Source: Macrostomum lignano (taxonomy: Eukaryota). Taken from it: a stretch of 52,227 bases of DNA. Below the pieces are notes generated by a model, which did not search any database, was not told where the DNA came from, and was given only the letters and a program-made list of their open reading frames with translations. Below are positions 24,860-36,574 of the stretch, one piece after another; position 1 is the first letter of the stretch; the number at the start of each line of letters is the position of its first letter. The translations under genes were made by a program, and so were the position numbers. The stretch spans positions 1-52,227 of the forward strand of contig NIVC01001455.1 of the NCBI GenBank assembly GCA_002269645.1. Direction: 5' to 3'.

Positions 24860-25609
24860 AACTGTCCCGGCGCCCCACTGCCCAATTTATTTAGCCCGCC
24901 ACCCCTGCCTTATTCTAATTGTCCCGCCACCCCCGCCCTATTTTAACTGCCCCGCCACCCCATTGCCCAATTTATTTGGCCCGCCACCCCCTGACCAATT
25001 TATTTAGCCTGCCACCCCCTGCCCAATCTATTTAGCCTGCCACCCCCTGCCCAATCTATTTAGCCCGCCACCCCCTGCCCAATTTATTTAGCCCGCCACC
25101 CCGTGCCCAATTTATTTAGCCCGCCACCCCGTGCCCAATCTATTTAGCCCGCCACCCCGTGCCCAATTTATTTAGCCCGCCACCCCGTGCCCAATTTATT
25201 TAGCCCGCCACCCCGTGCCCAATTTATTTAGCCCGCCACCCCATTGCCCAATTTATTTAGCCCGCCACCCCGTGCCCAATTTATTTAGCCCGCCACCCCC
25301 TGCCCAATCTATTTAGCCCGCCACCCCCTGCCCAATTTATTTAGCCTGCCACCCCCTGCCCAATCTATTTAGCCCGCCACCCCCTGCCCAATTTTTTAGC
25401 CCGCCACCCCCTGCCCAATTTATTTAGCCTGCCACCCCCTGCCCAATCTATTTAGCATGCCACCCCCTGCCCAATCTATTTAGCCTGCCACCCCCTGCCC
25501 AATCTATTTAGCCCGCCACCCCCTGCCCAATTTATTTGGCCCGCCACCCCCTGCCCAATTTATTTGGCCCGCCACCCCCGCCCTATTTTAACTGCCCCGG
25601 CGCCCCACT
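24860..25609. repeat. 28-bp C-rich minisatellite (TTTAGCCCGCCACCCCCTGCCCAATTTA) just 3' of the ALG12 stop
   Basis: Period 25143 to 25171; bounded by 19/20-identical direct repeats at 24860-24879 and 25590-25609. Confidence 0.93.
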
Positions 25610-26867
25610 ACTTTAGTTTGTTCAACACTTCTCCCATTCCAATTTCGATCATGTTATCTTTAATAGATGTTTTAACTTAATTTTATCTACTCTTCCTTAA
25701 ATAACCTGACCTAGAATGTCAACGTTTTTTAATGTGAAGGTACTTTTGTTTTGGTACTGTTGTTACGGTGGCAGTTGATTTTGCTTCTTAGCTATTGTTA
25801 GTCGTCTGGCATTTCTTATACCTATTTTCCCAGCTTGGCAGTTTCTCATTTTCATGTCTTTATATTGCTACTAATCAGTAAGTAGTTGCGACTCTTATTT
25901 GCGCCAAGTGTAATGCTAAAAATATGAATAAATTAATAGTAGTAAATAATTAAGTTATAAGGTATCAAAAGTTTCGGAATTAAAAAGCAACATTTAGTTC
26001 AGTAATGGCGCATTTATTAATTTTTTATTAGTCATAACGATTTATTTTGTTCCTTAACTTGTCTATTTAATAAGAGAGCCAAAAACTGTAATGCACGAGT
26101 ATATTGCACATGTACTTTAATTAGTGGCTTTGTTTGAAAATTTACCGTCTAACAATTTAATAAAAATTGAAAAAAATTCCAAAAACGTATTGGTTTTTAT
26201 TATCATCTATCGTCTATCTACTTATGGTAATGAAATTGGGGTTTTCGTTGCGTTATTAATTTCTTTCTGACAATGCATCGCCTCGTGATTATTTTGAATT
26301 TTGCAAAAAAAAATAAGACAAAAATATAAAATGGTAATGTCTCCATATCCACTCTCCATATCCCATCTCATCTTTGATGCAGACTTCTCTATCTGCTCTA
26401 AACCCTTCAAAAGCAGCCACGCCCCTTGGCTGACAGGAAAACCCGCCAAAAAGAGCTGCAAATGAAGCTGATTCACAATTCAGTTCATGCCTCATTGACT
26501 GGCTCACGGGCACCTTAGTCATGCCTTAGTCATGGCGTGCCTGTCTGTAGCTCGAACTCGTCTTGGTTAAATGTACTTTTCTGGCTCACTTCAAAAAGGA
26601 TTGAGCATCTTTTAGTTGGAGGCAGGAGGCTGTGTGCACCCTGGCGCACTTTAAGCGACGTTGTCACACAACCGGCGAGAGGCATGGCTGCCATTAGATG
26701 TCATTCCGCACAGGCACACACTCACACAGGAGTGAACAGCGGCCCTAACTTTATTTATTGCTAGCCATGTACACTTCACTGTGCCTTGGAGGTTGGCCCT
26801 CAAGCTGGCCGTTAATTGCACGAGCAGAGCCAAGCCGAGATTCCAATTTAGCCCCCAAATTAATGTG

Positions 26868-26930
26868 ACTGCACTTGGAATCGAGCCTGGGTCGCTGGCA
26901 CACCAGAGCGCCGCGCTGGACCACTAGGAT
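26868..26930 (-). pseudogene. Degenerate tRNA-Glu-like sequence (tRNA pseudogene or SINE head)
   Basis: Minus strand TCCTAGTGGTCCAGCG-CGGCGCTCT...GCGACCCAGGCTCGATTCC aligns by eye to the remembered metazoan tRNA-Glu(CTC) at about 12/16, 9/9 and 16/19. It has a B-box-like GGCTCGATTCC, a ~9-nt D-arm deletion and a disrupted anticodon arm. Confidence 0.55.
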
Positions 26931-27104
26931 AGAGAAAGTGATAGAAGCTTTCTGCTTCAAGTCAACCTGTCAGAAATTAAAATATTTTTATCCTATTTCC
27001 CTTTATTAACTTTTGGTGTCTGTCAGAGGCGGCAGTTTCAAGTGTCAGGAGCGCAATTTTTAGGTGTCCGTGTCATTTTTGGCGTCAGGATCGATACACA
27101 GTCT

Positions 27105-27560
27105 TGAGGGTCAGGTTTAGGTGTCAGGAGAATCAGGTCTAGGTGTCAGGAGGGTCAGATTTAGGTGTCAGCAGGGTCAGGTTTAGGTGTCAGGAGGGTC
27201 AGATTTAGGTGTCAGCAGGGTCAGATTTAGGTGTCAGCAGGGTCAGATTTAGGTGTCAGGAGAGTCAGATTTAGGTGTCAGCAGGGTCAGATTTAGGTGT
27301 CAGGAGGGTCAGGTTTAGGTGTCAGGAGGGTCAGGTTTAGGTGTCAGCAGGGTCAGGTTTAGGTGTCAGCAGGGTCAGGTTTAGGTGTCAGGAGGGTCAG
27401 GTTTAGGTGTCAGGAGGGTCAGATTTAGGTGTCAGCAGGGTCAGATTTAGGTGTCAGCAGGGTCAGATTTAGGTATCAGGAGGGTCAGATTTAGGTGTCA
27501 GCAGGGTCAGATTTAGGTGTCAAGCAGGGTCGGGTTTAGTTGTCAGGAGGGTCAGGTTTT
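27105..27560. repeat. 22-bp minisatellite (GTCAGATTTAGGTGTCAGCAGG)
   Basis: Direct reading, about 20 copies. Confidence 0.93.
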
Positions 27561-28214
27561 TCGGTACAGTATCTAGAGTGCTTGTCTTTGTTGTCAGGAT
27601 GGTTTAGCGGGCACTGCAGCACAGGAAATTAAAGACTCGAACAAAACTTCCGCTAACAGGAAACAGTCTCCAATTTTATAATTCTACATATGCAGATACA
27701 TTTACGAGCGTACATGCTGGAGAACACGCCAGTGTCCACGCAGAAACCCTCGTCGCTTATCCAATGAAATTCCAAGCTAGCAGGCCATACAAATACAGTA
27801 GTATCTATGTCAACCTCCATACGTCCTTTCTGGAAAAATTATTTTTACATTTACATGTGTATCCCATTGCTTTTTTTCAAGTTCTTTTAGCGAAAATTTA
27901 CGGTAAATTTGCAAAAAAAATCAATCGCTGCATAAATTTTCAGTTGCATAGGTAAGTGAAACCATGTTTGAGTCTCTGTTTGCATATAAGCATAGCACAA
28001 CACAAGCAAAGTCGGATTCATATGCAATAACACAACAGTCTCGTGGCTCAAGGTCGTTTTGGAAGATTTCGACTAGCTATTGACCATTAATTTATAGAGT
28101 CGGGGCAGCGTCTTCTTTCATGATAGTGAATCCACGCGGCATGTGCGTGATTGGTTTATTTAAGGTTAAATCATCACATTGCGTCCTTTTTATTTGTGTC
28201 CAAGCATCCTTTTG

Positions 28215-28685
28215 TGTGGAATCGATCATCAGTAGGGTCAGGAATCGATCATCAGTTGGTCAGGAATCGATAATCAGTTGGGTCAGGAATCGATCATCAG
28301 TTGGGTCAGGAATCGATCATCAGTAGGTCAGGAATCGATCATCAGTAGGTCAGGAATCGATCATCAGTTGGGTCAGGAATCGATCATTAGTTGGTCAGGA
28401 ATTGATAATCACTTGGTCAGAAATCGATCATCAGCTGGTCAGGAATCGATCATCAGCTGGTCAGAAATCGATCATCAGTTGGTCAGGAATCGATCATTAG
28501 TTGGTCAGGAATTGATCATCAGTTGGGAGGAATTGATCATCAGTTGGTCAGGAATCGATCACCAGTTGGGTCAGGAATCCATCATCACTTGGTCAGGAAT
28601 CGATCATTAGTTGGTCAGGAATCGATCATCAGTTGGTCAGGAATCGATCATCAGTTGGGTCAGGAATCGATCATTAGTTGGTCAG
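28215..28685. repeat. 22-23-bp minisatellite (GGTCAGGAATCGATCATCAGTT[G]) upstream of the GPCR ATG
   Basis: Direct reading; lies between GTAAGT (27952) and CCCACAG (28731), so probably within a 5'UTR intron. Confidence 0.92.
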
Positions 28686-28755
28686 GTGGCTCATATAGCT
28701 CTTAGTTCAAAACTCACTAAAATTCCCACAGTTACAGATAGTCTACTTAACGACA

Positions 28756-29932
28756 ATGGAAGGCCACGCCGCTAACAATGTCTCTAACGAGGTAAACTCG
28801 ACATCAGTTCGAGCTCCGATCGTTGGTCTGGCTTACGCCATCGGATTTGCGTCGCTGATCCTGGGACTCATTGGTAACTCACTGGTGGTGGCTCTGTTCC
28901 ACGGTAGACGCGGACTACTCAAGGAGTCTACTCAACTGCTGCTGGTACTGCTGGCGATTAGCGATTCAGCTGTGCTGCTGGTGTCACTGACTAGGTAAGT
29001 GGTTGGTGGCGCTGACTTCGCCGGCACCGTCGTAAAACCAGCGCTGTACACGCAAGCACGCACTCATACACACGCTCACAATCGGGGTATAGCGGCTTAA
29101 ATGGAAGTGAATCGATACAGCGTGTGCAACACTCCGCAATTAACCCCACAGATTCATATCCGTCACAATCTACAATTTCGACATCCGCCTATTCAGCTTA
29201 GCCCTATGTCGGGGTCACACGTTTCTCACTTACATGGTCACGGATCTGTCCAGTTGGTGCATGTGTCTGATCTGCTTCGAAAGACTACAAGCTGTGCTAT
29301 CACCGACGGTTATTAACCGAGTCTTCTGTCGCAGGAATGTCTCATTGGTGTACTCGGGTTTAGTTGTCGCTTCGGCTAGTAAGAATGCGCCATTGCTGCT
29401 TGGCCTGGAGCTGGTAGCAGGGTACGGCAGAGTGCGCTGCATCGGTGGACAACCCGAGAACATTGACGGAATCCACATGGAAGCGTTCTATCTTAGCGAC
29501 TTCTTTCTGAGGGTCGCCCTGCCAGCCCTTTTCATCTTGGTGACTAATTTAGGCGTGCTGTATCGACTGTCTCAGCTCACTAGAAGAGGCACCGTGCTGA
29601 GCAATGCGCTCAGGAAAGAGTTTCGAATATTTCGAATGCTCCTGCTGGTCTCTGTGTACTTCTTGGTGTCCATGCTGCCTGGTAGGGCACTTTTTCTCTA
29701 TAACTTTATCAACTCCGTGACCGGAAGTCAACGAGTGGTGCTGGACTTTGTGTACAATCTCCTAATTATTGTAGCCTATACCAATCACGCAATTAATTTC
29801 TATTTGTATCTGGCTTCATCGGCCAGAATTCGAGCGATGCTAGTTGTCATGGTGACCGGTGGGAGCGCCTGTTCTAGAAATAATAGAGTTACACCTATGG
29901 GCTTGGGATTAAGAAATGTCTCTGTCGGCTAG
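28756..29932 (+). CDS. Class A (rhodopsin-like) GPCR, probably of the invertebrate peptide-receptor type; exons 28756-28994 and 29152-29932, 339 aa
   Basis: TM1 GLIGNSLV, TM2 LAISD, TM3 Cys and FER (DRY equivalent), ECL2 Cys, TM6 SMLP, TM7 NHAINFYLY. GTAAGT...CAG intron in phase 2; N-terminal NVS and NST sequons. Confidence 0.88.
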
Positions 29933-30646
29933 ACGAGTGCTCCAGAATTCTAATGAGGATTCGATCGACAGTAGCCAGGTTAATTCTGCCGAAATAATTA
30001 ACAGTTTGAAATGCGATACTGCAGTTCCTGGTCTGGCGGAGATCAAAGTCAATTAAACCTCTAACAAGAGCTACTTTTCACTTTATTACACTACGTTAAT
30101 TGGTCTTGCAAATAGCAGAGGAAAATGATCCAATATCGATATGTAGTGGAAGACAACGATCTGTTTCTGATTATACATCATTCAATTGAGTACTTAATTG
30201 AACCGAAAAGCCACTTGAACTGTTGTTTGTCTCTATCCCGCTTAATTGTAGGTACACTTGATAGTACGCTTGCCATAGACAATCAATTAGGATAATCTGC
30301 CTAAGACTTGAATGCCCTTGAACTATGTGTGGCCATAGACAGTCAAACGGGAAATCTGCTACGCTCGTTTAGCACCATAGATCTTATATATTCCGAAGAA
30401 TGATGCATGCAATGCAGAGCCTACTGATGAAATTGAGTTCAGTAGTTGATTTTCGCACTGACGCGGGATGCAAAATTTTTACATTGGCTTCTATGGCCAC
30501 ATAAGCGGTTAATTAGTGACCCATCTTGTGTATATATATGATATTTGGTATGATCTTTGGGGGAACATGCCATGCTTTGTCCCCCCACCCCATGCACCTT
30601 GTGACCCGTTATGGAAATCAATAATTTTGCTTCAAAGCGACAAAAT

Positions 30647-30987
30647 ATAGCGCCTGCGGCGCTAAAATGGGTGCCTGTAGCGCTAAAAATGGGTGCCTGC
30701 GGCGCTAAAATGGGTGCCTGCGGCGCTAAAATGGGTGCCTGTAGCGCTAAAAATGGGTGCCTGCGGCGCTAAAATGGGTGCCTGCGGCGCTAAAATGGGT
30801 GCCTGCGGCGCTAAAATGGGTGCCTGCGGCGCTAAAATGGGTGCCTGTAGCGCTAAAAATGGGTGCCTGCGGCGCTAAAATGGGTGCCTGCGGCGCTAAA
30901 ATGGGTGCCTGCGGTGCTAAAATGGGTGCCTGCGGCGCTAAAATGGGTGCCTGCGGCGCCAAAATGGGTGCCTGCGGCGCTAAAATG
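30647..30987. repeat. 21-22-bp minisatellite (GTGCCTGCGGCGCTAAAATGG)
   Basis: MGACGAK 7-aa periodicity; about 16 copies. Confidence 0.95.
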
Positions 30988-31146
30988 GTGAAAACACCTA
31001 AAGTCTAAACAACACATAAGCCTATTTACTGACTTGGCCGTCTTTTCTCTATATTAATTTCCTGCTTAACCTTAGTTGACCCTTAGCTCCGCTCATGAAT
31101 TCATCCTTTATTGGCTTGTAAATTGTAAGTTCATCCCGTTTTGTTA

Positions 31147-34100
31147 TTACTTAAAAATTCTTGAAAGTAATGAATGACATTTTTTCGATAAATGCACGTT
31201 GAAAAGAGCAAATGGCAACTTGAGTTGAAGCAAGTTGCCAACTCTGTTCGAGCAGTCGTATTTCTGACCCTAGAAAATTGTAAAATGAAAATTGTGCAAA
31301 AGTTTTCAATGTTCCAGTTTTTTTTCAGGTGACTCTTATCAGTCAGAAACAATTGGCACAGTTGACTCTTATCAATCAGACACAATTGGCACAGGTGACC
31401 CTTATCAGTCAGACACAATTGGCACAGGTGACTCTTATCAATCAGACACAATTGGCACAGGTGACCCTTATCAATCAGACACAATTGGCACAGGTGACCC
31501 TTATTAATCAGACACAATTGGCACAGGTGACCCTTATTAATCAGACACAATTGGCACAGGTGACCCTTATCAATCAGACACAATTGGCACAGGTGACCCT
31601 TATCAATCAGACACAATTGGCACAGGTGACCCTTATCAATCAGACACAATTGGCACAGGTGACCCTTATTAATCAGACACAATTGGCACAGGTGACCCTT
31701 ATCAATCAGACACAATTGGCACAGGCGACTCTTATCAATCAGACACAATTGGCACAGGTGACCCTTATCAATCAGACACAATTGGCACAGGTGACCCTTA
31801 TCAATCAGACACAATTGGCACAGGTGACCCTTATCAATCAGACACAATTGGCACAGGTGACCCTTATCAATCAGACACAATTGGCACAGGTGACCCTTAT
31901 TAATCAGACACAATTGGCACAGGTGACTCTTATCAATCAGACACAAATGGCACAGGTGACCCTTATTAATCAGACACAATTGGCACAGGTGACCCTTATT
32001 AATCAGACACAATTGGCACAGGTGACCCTTATCAATCAGACACAATTGGCACAGGTGACCCTTATCAATCAGACACAATTGGCACAGGCGACTCTTATTA
32101 ATCAGACACAATTGGCACAGGTGACCCTTATCAATCAGACACAATTGGCACAGGCGACTCTTATCAATCAGACACAATTGGCACAGGTGACCCTTATCAA
32201 TCAGACACAATTGGCACAGGTGACCCTTATTAATCAGACACAATTGGCACAGGTGACCCTTATTAATCAGACACAATTGGCACAGGTGACCCTTATCAAT
32301 CAGACACAATTGGCACAGGTGACCCTTATCAATCAGACACAATTGGCACAGGTGACCCTTATCAATCAGACACAATTGGCACAGGTGACTCTTATCAATC
32401 AGACACAATTGGCACAGGCGACTCTTATCAATCAGACACAATTGGCACAGGTGACCCTTATCAATCAGACACAATTGGCACAGGTGACCCTTATCAATCA
32501 GACACAATTGGCACAGGTGACCCTTATCAATCAGACACAATTGGCACAGGTGACCCTTATCAATCAGACACAATTGGCACAGGTGACCCTTATCAATCAG
32601 ACACAATTGGCACAGGCGACTCTTATCAATCAGACACAATTGGCACAGGTGACCCTTATTAATCAGACACAATTGGCACAGGTGACCCTTATTAATCAGA
32701 CACAATTGGCACAGGTGACCCTTATCAATCAGACACAATTGGCACAGGTGACCCTTATCAATCAGACACAATTGGCACAGGTGACCCTTATTAATCAGAC
32801 ACAATTGGCACAGGTGACCCTTATTAATCAGACACAATTGGCACAGGTGACCCTTATTAATCAGACACAATTGGCACAGGTGACCCTTATCAATCAGACA
32901 CAATTGGCACAGGCGACTCTTATTAATCAGACACAATTGGCACAGGTGACCCTTATCAATCAGACACAATTGGCACAGGTGACCCTTATTAATCAGACAC
33001 AATTGGCACAGGTGACCCTTATTAATCAGACACAATTGGCACAGGTGACCCTTATTAATCAGACACAATTGGCACAGGTGACCCTTATTAATCAGACACA
33101 ATTGGCACAGGCGACTCTTATTAATCAGACACAATTGGCACAGGTGACCCTTATCAATCAGACACAATTGACACAGGTGACCCTTATTAATCAGACACAA
33201 TTGGCACAGGTGACCCTTATCAATCAGACACAATTGGCACAGGTGACCCTTATCAATCAGACACAATTGGCACAGGTGACCCTTATCAATCAGACACAAT
33301 TGGCACAGGTGACCCTTATCAATCAGACACAATTGGCACAGGTGACCCTTATCAATCAGACACAATTGGCACAGGTGACCCTTATCAATCAGACACAATT
33401 GGCACAGGTGACCCTTATCAATCAGACACAATTGGCACAGGCGACTCTTATTAATCAGACACAATTGGCACAGGTGACCCTTATCAATCAGACACAATTG
33501 GCACAGGTGACCCTTATTAATCAGACACAATTGGCACAGGTGACCCTCTGTTATCAGTGATGACCCAAAACAAAGAAATGACGCACATCGTAGGGGATAC
33601 CCGACAGGCCACATCACAGATATGACACTCCAAAAAAATATATCCGACCAGAATATTTCGAAATATGACACATAAAAGTTTCGCAAAAAACTATAAATTT
33701 TGCATTACATGCTACTAATAGTAGAAATGCGAAAATAATTCGATCGCAGCTCCAAAGGGTTTCAAATAAATCGCATTAGACACAAGTCCAGCTATTTTAG
33801 TTATATATATTATTTACTTGCAAATTTTATAATTATATTTTATGTGCATACGAATTTTAGTTATAATTAATAAGTTTTCAAATATTATATTATCTTTACA
33901 TGTTTCACATGTTAGAAAATAGTTATATTAGCATGTTGAAATAGTGCATTGGTAGGCAGTCACCGAATGGGCAAATGTACTCCTGCCGGCATGCGACTTG
34001 GGCCGCTCAGCTGGGCCGGGCGGCTGCTGGGCTGCGGTGGGCGGCTGCTCAGCTGATCCGGGCTGTGACGCATCGGTCTGAGTAGAGAAATTGCAGTTAT

Positions 34101-35426
34101 TGGTAGAGACAGGGCAGAATGGTAGAGACAGGGCAGTTATTGGTAGAGACAGGGCAGTTATTGGTAGAGACAGGGCAGAATGGTAGAGACAGGGCAGTTA
34201 TTGGTAGAGAAAGGGCAGAATGGTAGAGACAGGGCAGAATGGTAGAGACAGGGCAGAATGGTAGAGACAGGGCAGAATGGTAGAGATAGGGCAGAATGGT
34301 AGAGACAGGGCAGTTATTGGTAGAGACAGGGCAGAATGGTAGAGACAGGGCAGTTATTGGTAGAGAAAGGGCAGAATGGTAGAGACAGGGCAGAATGGTA
34401 GAGACAGGGCAGAATGGTAGAGACAGGGCAGAATGGTAGAGACAGGGCAGAATGGTAGAGAAAGGGCAGAATGGTAGAGACAGGGCAGAATGGTAGAGAC
34501 AGGGCAGTATGGTAGAAACAGGGCAGTATGGTAGAGACAGGGCAGAATGGTAGAGACAGGGCAGAATGGTAGAGACAGGGCAGAATGGTAGAGACAGGGC
34601 AGAATGGTAGAGACAGGGCAGAATGGTAGAGAAAGGGCAGAATGGTAGAGACAGGGCAGTATGGTAGAGACAGGGCAGAATGGTAGAGACAGGGCAGAAT
34701 GGTAGAGACAGGGCAGAATGGTAGAGACAGGGCAGAATGGTAGAGACAGGGCAGAATGGTAGAGACAGGGCAGAATGGTAGAGACAGGGCAGAATGGTAG
34801 AGAAAGGGCAGAATGGTAGAGACAGGGCAGTATGGTAGAGACAGGGCAGAATGGTAGAGACAGGGCAGAATGGTAGAGACAGGGCAGAATGGTAGAGACA
34901 GGGCAGAATGGTAGAGAAAGGGCAGAATGGTAGAGACAGGGCAGAATGGTAGAGACAGGGTAGAATGGTAGAGACAGGGCAGAATGGTAGAGACAGGGTA
35001 GAATGGTAGAGACAGGGCAGAATGGTAGAGACAGGGTAGAATGGTAGAGACAGGGCAGAATGGTAGAGAAAGGGTAGAATGGTAGAGACAGGGCAGAATG
35101 GTAGAGACAGGGCAGAATGGTAGAGAAAGGGTAGAATGGTAGAGACAGGGCAGAATGGTAGAGAAAGGGCAGAATGGTAGAGACAGGGCAGAATGGTAGA
35201 GACAGGGTAGAATGGTAGAGACAGGGCAGAATGGTAGAGACAGGGTAGAATGGTAGAGACAGGGCAGTTATTGGTAAAAATATTGCTCTTCACCTTCACT
35301 TACCATTAACTGGAATCGATCAGACGCGGCGAGCTCTTTCTCAAACGACTTTTGCCGCTTAGCGACGTCATAGCATTTGCCTTTGCGGCTTATCAGCTGT
35401 TTTATGAACTCCAATTGTTTGGACAT
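31147..35426 (-). CDS. Putative small spliced gene of unknown function (exons 35426-35304, 34077-33964, probably 31269-31147; about 119 aa)
   Basis: ATG at 35426 after an in-frame stop; GTAAGT donor at 35303; TTTCTCTACTCAG acceptor at 34078; GC-rich exon 2; GTGACT donor at 33963; TTTTACAATTTTCTAG acceptor at 31270. All junctions phase 0, with AATAAA about 35 nt after the stop. If the second donor is unused, exon 2 ends at TAA 33930-33928. No homology recognised. Confidence 0.5.
31329..33548. repeat. 33-bp minisatellite (GTGACCCTTATCAATCAGACACAATTGGCACAG), about 67 copies
   Basis: 11-aa periodicity in ORFs on both strands; very homogeneous. Confidence 0.97.
34083..35278. repeat. 19-bp minisatellite (GGTAGAGACAGGGCAGAAT), about 63 copies
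   Basis: The 19-aa ORF periodicity equals 3 x 19 bp; fills intron 1 of the putative minus-strand gene. Confidence 0.97.
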
Positions 35427-36574
35427 TTGGGTTAATTTATTGAAAAAATGAAATTAATTGACAAATAGAAATCTGGCTTTTTGAAAGGCCAACTGAAGTC
35501 CCATTTTATATGAAGCGGCAGTTTGACATCAACAAGTTCACTCTAATTTTCATTGGTTCGGAATGGGGTGGTCAAAATATTTCACGTTCATAGTACGTGT
35601 CAAATCCACTATGCTTTTAGACTCGAAGGGGTGGACTGCTTCATTTCAGTAGTGACTCATTTTGACACCAAATTACTTTGATTCAAAATGAAACATGCGC
35701 ATTAACCAGCATGAAACATACATTAGGTACAATATGCCCCACTCACATTCACAGCCTCATTCACAGCCTCATTCACTGCCTCATTCACAGCCTCACAGCC
35801 AGACTCACTGATCGACCCTAATCCAGTTTGGGTTTCGAATACTCAGTTATTTCTGCATTTTCAATTCATTGAGTAGCTCTGTGAGATCCGCTGCTGTCAA
35901 TATACAGTGGGCAGTGGATAACAAATAAATGACACACAATGAATTGGATAGGAATTAAATGAATGATGCAAAATAGAAATTCGAGAAATAGATTAAATAT
36001 GCAAGAAAAAGACGTATATGCTCAAAAATTAGGATGAAGTCAGTCATCAACAAATCAAAGAGTAGATAAAATTTCTCTTTGGTGACTAAATAAAGTTTAC
36101 AATTTTACATATTTGGAACTGCTTGACACTATTCTTTACGATAATGGCGCAATCATAAGTTTGGTGCAACAAATTTGCTTAGATAGGTGTCTTCCACCAT
36201 GAACCACCCATCACTGTCACCGAGCATTGCGCAATCTTGAGCATACCCAGAGCACGTATTTGCTTTTAAGCAATCGTGAGAACTGCGATTCTTATCTTTA
36301 CTCAAAATCCAGCTACAGTGGAAAGATCGAGAAAAGCGCGAAACACACCTCCAAACAAACCGCTGTGCATAATACAAAACAATATATAGATAAAAAGTGG
36401 AACGCTCACAACAGGTGACCAAACCAAAAGTAAAAGCAAAGCCCAATTGTATTTTGATAAAAAGCCATTACTAAAGAAGCTGGCGAAATATTTCTGAGCT
36501 AACCTGTCAATATCAAGTATAAGTTAAAATGTACGAGCGCAGTAAATTCAAACATGGATTTAAACTATAGCGGC

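Noticed and set aside
29907-30056. Frameshifted C-terminal extension of the GPCR (MSLSARRVLQNSNEDS...EIKVN)
   Set aside because: An open frame of about 47 codons is expected by chance, and the receptor already has a complete TM7 and tail.
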